Shown piece after piece: positions 59,867 through 64,000 of a stretch of DNA of 64,000 nucleotides (positions are counted from its first letter, which is position 1; each line of letters begins with the position of its first letter). The stretch is from Pelomyxa schiedti (lineage: Eukaryota > Protista > Evosea). The notes under the pieces are model-generated. The model ran no database searches and had not been told where the DNA came from. It saw only the letters and a list, made by a program, of their open reading frames with translations. Location of the stretch: NCBI GenBank assembly GCA_020536535.1, contig JAHLWZ010000347.1:20600-84599 (forward strand), written 5' to 3'. A program made the position numbers and the translations under genes.

Positions 59867-62800
59867 ATGCCTCGTGTTGGTGGTGGTGGCAACAAAGTGG
59901 CGGACGTAAGTTGTGTGAATGATGATGGTGATGGCTCAGGTAGAGTGCATTCCACAGGTAGCACTGGTAGTATTCAACTTGATGGAATAGGCACCCCTGT
60001 TGATTCCACTCAGCTATTGGGCAATAGGTTCGCTTGGTTTTTTGTCTTTTGTGTTTTTTTTTAAGCTTATGGCTTTTTTGTTTTTCCCTTCCTTATTACA
60101 GTAGGACCACTGGAACGTGTTCGTTGATGATTGTTGTACCGTTGGTTGCTGTGCTGTTTATGGTCACAATTGTATCTGTGAGCTTGGCTCCTAGAACTGC
60201 CTTGTGGTTCACTTCGTTGGGTTCTATGACTGGGACATGCTCCTCGAGCATAACAAAGGTTTGATCCCACAAAAAGGGGCTGCATTACTGATGAGATTTC
60301 GTTCCCCCCCCCTGTCCCACCCCTTTGGAATAGCAAATGAATGTGTACAGAAAACTTCTTATTGAGAGGAGTATTTCAAGCCTCACTTTTCAGATGAACA
60401 TCCCTCCTGAGGTTGGGCATATTATTGAATATGCCATTCCTGAGGCAGCATACACTTCCTTGGTTCCATTGCACGACGACCTTGGTAAATTCCAGATTAC
60501 CATTCGAGCTCTGGCGAGACAATTCTCTATGATAAACAACATGGCAAGCAACCCACTCTGAAGTCCTTCCTTGAATTGTGCTGACCTGTACCCCAGATTG
60601 CTTCTTGGGTAAACACTGCTGGTGAGCACTTTTATGTGGATAGGCAGAGTCAATGGGGGTGCTTTGACAGTGGGGTGGGAGCAGGAGTTGTTCTGTACGC
60701 CATTGAAAATGGAGTCCCAACAGATAAAGTAAGTGGAGGCACCTCGAGCTTCAATCTGACAACACGACCCTGGTGGTATGTTGTAAAAAGCTAAAAACCT
60801 GGTAGGTAACATAACTCAAGGATAAACGGTCTTTCAGCTTGGAATGGCTCATGGACATCGGTGTACATGTCACAGAATACAGAAGATGGAAGAGTGATAG
60901 CGTACACACTCCGCCCTTCTGTGTCAGTTCCAGTGGTTATCCAGGTCACCTTCAGTGTTGCCTTTCTGCAGGAGTTCTTCATGAACTTTAATTTGACCCA
61001 GAATGGGGTTGCCTTCTTGGCTGAGGACAAGACCCTCAAACTCATTTCTGGAAGCGTTGGTATCCCCATCCTTACAGAGACGGGAGGTGATATGTATGCA
61101 ATGAATTCTTCTTATGATACTGTGCGTGAGGCAACTCAGCAGGTTTCCTCTCCCATTGGCGAGAAAATGATGTTCCTAATGGATACCAGTGGTTGAACAA
61201 CTCAGCAGATGGGACCTTCAGAGAATCTCATTTTATGACGGTGATGGACAAGCAAGGTAACACTTTTGTGGATGCTGTTCCAATCAAAGTGAGCGGTGGA
61301 CTTGTTTTGTGGTTATTCTTGATCACTCCTGAGAAGGTGTTTCTTTGAGTTTGGAGAAGATGAAGCTCATCCAACAAAATAGGATTTCATTCAAGAAATG
61401 CAAGAAAAGCAGAGTGCTGCAGTTGATGATGCCTACGCCTCTCTCTGGGTTTTGGTTGCAGTTGAGGTGTTCCTTGGTATCGGAGCTGTTATCATAAGCA
61501 TGATGTTGTCTATTACTCTGGCAAGAACACTATCGGCTGTTGAACGAAAGCTAAAGAGAGTATCAAATGGTCAATTGACCAAGTGTGTTTGCCTACCACT
61601 GCTTATTTTTATTTAAAATATACAACGAAGATGTGGGAGTAGCAAGGACATCAACAGAAGCCTGCTCAGGGAAATCGACTCTGTATGTAGTTTTGAGCTC
61701 ACTCTATAAACCTGATTCTCTTCCTTTAGTTGACTTCAGAGGTAGTAGTGATGCAGTCCGCATTGGAGTCCTTCAGCCAGTGTGTTTCCCCATTTTTTTT
61801 ATTGCATGCACTTATTAATTAAGGTATGTAAGGTACAGCCAAGTCACTGGCTCATTCACAGTAATTACATCACCCACAAATGTTAACAGATACTTATGCA
61901 AGAACCACATGAAACCAGTTGTTGGTGTCAATAAGATGCATTGCACAGTGATGTTTCTTGATGTCGTAGATTTCGTATGTATACCTTTCTCTCCCTGGGG
62001 AGTTGTTGTCACAATTTACAAAGACTCGGACCATGGAGCAGTATGGTGTCCAAACCGTAATTGAAATTCTTTCTACTATGTTCGAATCTTTTTCCACAAT
62101 CATTTGCAAAAATAGTGGCTGCATAGATAAGGTAATCACACAAACTCAAGGAACACAAGTTTCTAACATGCATACAGTACATTGGAGATGCTATCATGGT
62201 TGTTCACCAAATCCAACAAAGCGACTAAACCACTATAGGCTTTGTGGGGATGCCCCAGCCCAGATAACAATTCGGAAATTAAAGCCTGTCAGTCAGCTGC
62301 TGAGATTTTGGCAGATATGGAGAGATTGAATGCAATTTTCAAAGCCAAAGGCTTTCCGACAATGAGCATTCGCCTTGGAGTAGTCTTCCCCACACCTTCA
62401 AACTTCTTTTTGGTTAAGTTTTATCTTTAGCTTCACTCTGGCGAAGTAAGTGCCGGCAATGTTGGGTATTTCAATAATGAATAAATAATAATCAAGCATT
62501 GTCCTTAAAGACCCTGTCTGTGCAGGTCTAGTCAAAGACTCAACTTCACTGTATTAGGTATTCCCTTTGCTGATTAATTTTTCCCTCACATAAGCCAAAC
62601 AAACAAACCAACAGGCAATACTGTAAATTTGGCCAGTCGGTTGGAACCTTTGAACAAAGAACTACACACATCGGTCCTTGTGTCTGATTCAATCCGGGAT
62701 GTTTTCTCTGACACCAAAAATAGTGGCAACAATATGTTTTCCTGGCGTGCTCTAGGTCACATTCAGGTTGACAAAAACAGGTCCTAAGTCACCTAAGCAA

Positions 62801-63129
62801 ACCCCAGGTCAGAGGCTTCAGAGATCCAGTCCTGGTTCACGAATTTCTCGGTTTCACATCAAGGTACTTTTCTTTTATGAAGTGTCTATAAGTAAATACA
62901 AGATGTGCGTACCTTTCAAATTGCACTCCTAATGCAGTTCCCCCACTTAAGGTTGAATGTGGAGAAGAAGAGGCTTTTGAACAGCTATTCGATCATTGAC
63001 CAGAGGCTTTACAACAAAATATCAACTCCACATGACATTTCACAGTCACTGGACAACCACATAGCACAGTACCCCGATGACATCACCGCCGCACAGGCAA
63101 GGAAGATGCTTGCAACATCCTCTGATTGA
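59867..63129 (+). CDS. Receptor-type class III adenylate cyclase (TM - Cache-like sensor - TM - short HAMP-like linker - cyclase), multi-exon
   Basis: TM1 IVVPLVAVLFMVTIVSVSL; Cache-like FNLTTRPW|W...WTSVY; TM2 LWVLVAVEVFLGIGAVIISMML; cyclase core TVMFLDVVDF|T, IDK|YIGDAIM, IRLG|LHSGEVSAGNVG, RLNFTVL|GNTVNLASRLE; stop at 63127-63129. Confidence 0.9.
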
Positions 63130-63383
63130 CAAATCACCCCCGCCACACCACCCTCTAAGGGTTCTGTAAAAACCATCCTCAAAACAGAGGAGTTAGAACA
63201 GTGAGTGGTTTTGGTGCAAAGCCGGATAGGTGGACACAGGTCCTTTCTGAGTTCAGTTGTTGTTATGCCCATCATCATGCACTTACCAAATTGAGGTTTC
63301 GTTGACGCCACTGCGGTACTGTCTGATCTCACACCAAAGAAGAAAGTCTGTCTCTCAAGTTGAATTATTTCTCATTGCGTTCA

Positions 63384-64000
63384 ATGTGAAGAGGACGAAG
63401 TGGAAGTGGTAGGGGAAGTGCAGGCGAGGGATGATGAAGCGGTCCTAGGCCTCTTTGATTGCCAAGAGCATGAGCCTGTCGTGACGGTGGGAAGGTGACT
63501 TGGTACGGCCAAAATCCACGTGCATTTTAGTTCTGGCAATTGCAAGAACATTTTCCTTGTCAGGGCGTCCTGTACTTTGAGATCAGTGGGAGGAATTGAC
63601 GGCATCATGTACCTTGAACCAGTCGTTGGCCTGCCACCCCGGAGGTGGGGACCTGCTTCGCCTCCAGCCTTGGCTACATTCATTAATTTAAAGTAATGGC
63701 ACGTTGGAGACTTACTTCAGCATAGTGCGGACTTTCCATCTACCATAATTTGACGCCTTATCAAGCAAATCCGAGCCAATGAAGGATAACCAGAATCGCA
63801 TAATGTATCCAAGGAACCTCGGTACATCAGGATGATACAGAAGCCCCATTCTCGTCTCAAGCTGGATATTGGTGTTAAAAAAAAACAGCTTATCTGGCAA
63901 TCACACACCCAGAAACATAAGCTCTGAGCGAATAACGCAGTAAACTGCAACTGGGTAGGAGCATTTTGCAAAACATAACCTGTGAAAAAGGTCAGCGTGA
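63384..64000 (-). other. Partial, degenerate protein-kinase-like coding remnant running off the window end
   Basis: Minus-strand segments LLYHPDVPRFLGY, FIGSDLLD..YGRWKVRTMLK| and DKENVL....MHVDFGRTK loosely resemble kinase subdomains IV-VII. An in-frame TAG follows ..AIKEA. Weak similarity only. Confidence 0.25.

Noticed and set aside
59270-60064. 264-aa plus-strand ORF upstream of the cyclase
   Set aside because: Its 5' part overlaps the antisense pseudogene and T-rich intergenic DNA. Only the portion from ATG 59867 looks like a real first exon.

Overview
Compact, intron-rich eukaryotic DNA: short 40-110 nt GT-AG introns, often with a CTRAC branch motif close to the acceptor, and intergenic gaps of 100-600 bp. 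The gene style and the lineage-specific repeat protein at 5.7-7.9 kb resemble the anaerobic archamoeba Pelomyxa; this is inferred from pattern recognition and not verified. Housekeeping-type genes are a PP2C-like phosphatase, a CPA1 Na+/H+ exchanger, a BRE1-type RING E3, a divergent cyclin, SNRNP40 and a Cache-sensor class III adenylate cyclase. The standout is a tandem pair of ~15 kb multi-exon genes (12359-27396 and 27812-42719). Each appears to encode an RNF213/mysterin-like dynein-type AAA+ protein with no recognisable RING/RZ finger, spliced in frame to a C-terminal PINK1-like kinase with an HCD (non-RD) catalytic loop. A third gene carries the same kinase on an unrelated N-terminus (ends 48712), and a fourth copy is a decayed pseudogene (~58.5-59.6 kb). 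The window also holds a giant Ser/Glu-repeat type I membrane protein interrupted by three 100-N assembly gaps. All exon structures and family calls were made by eye and need RNA-seq and HMM confirmation.
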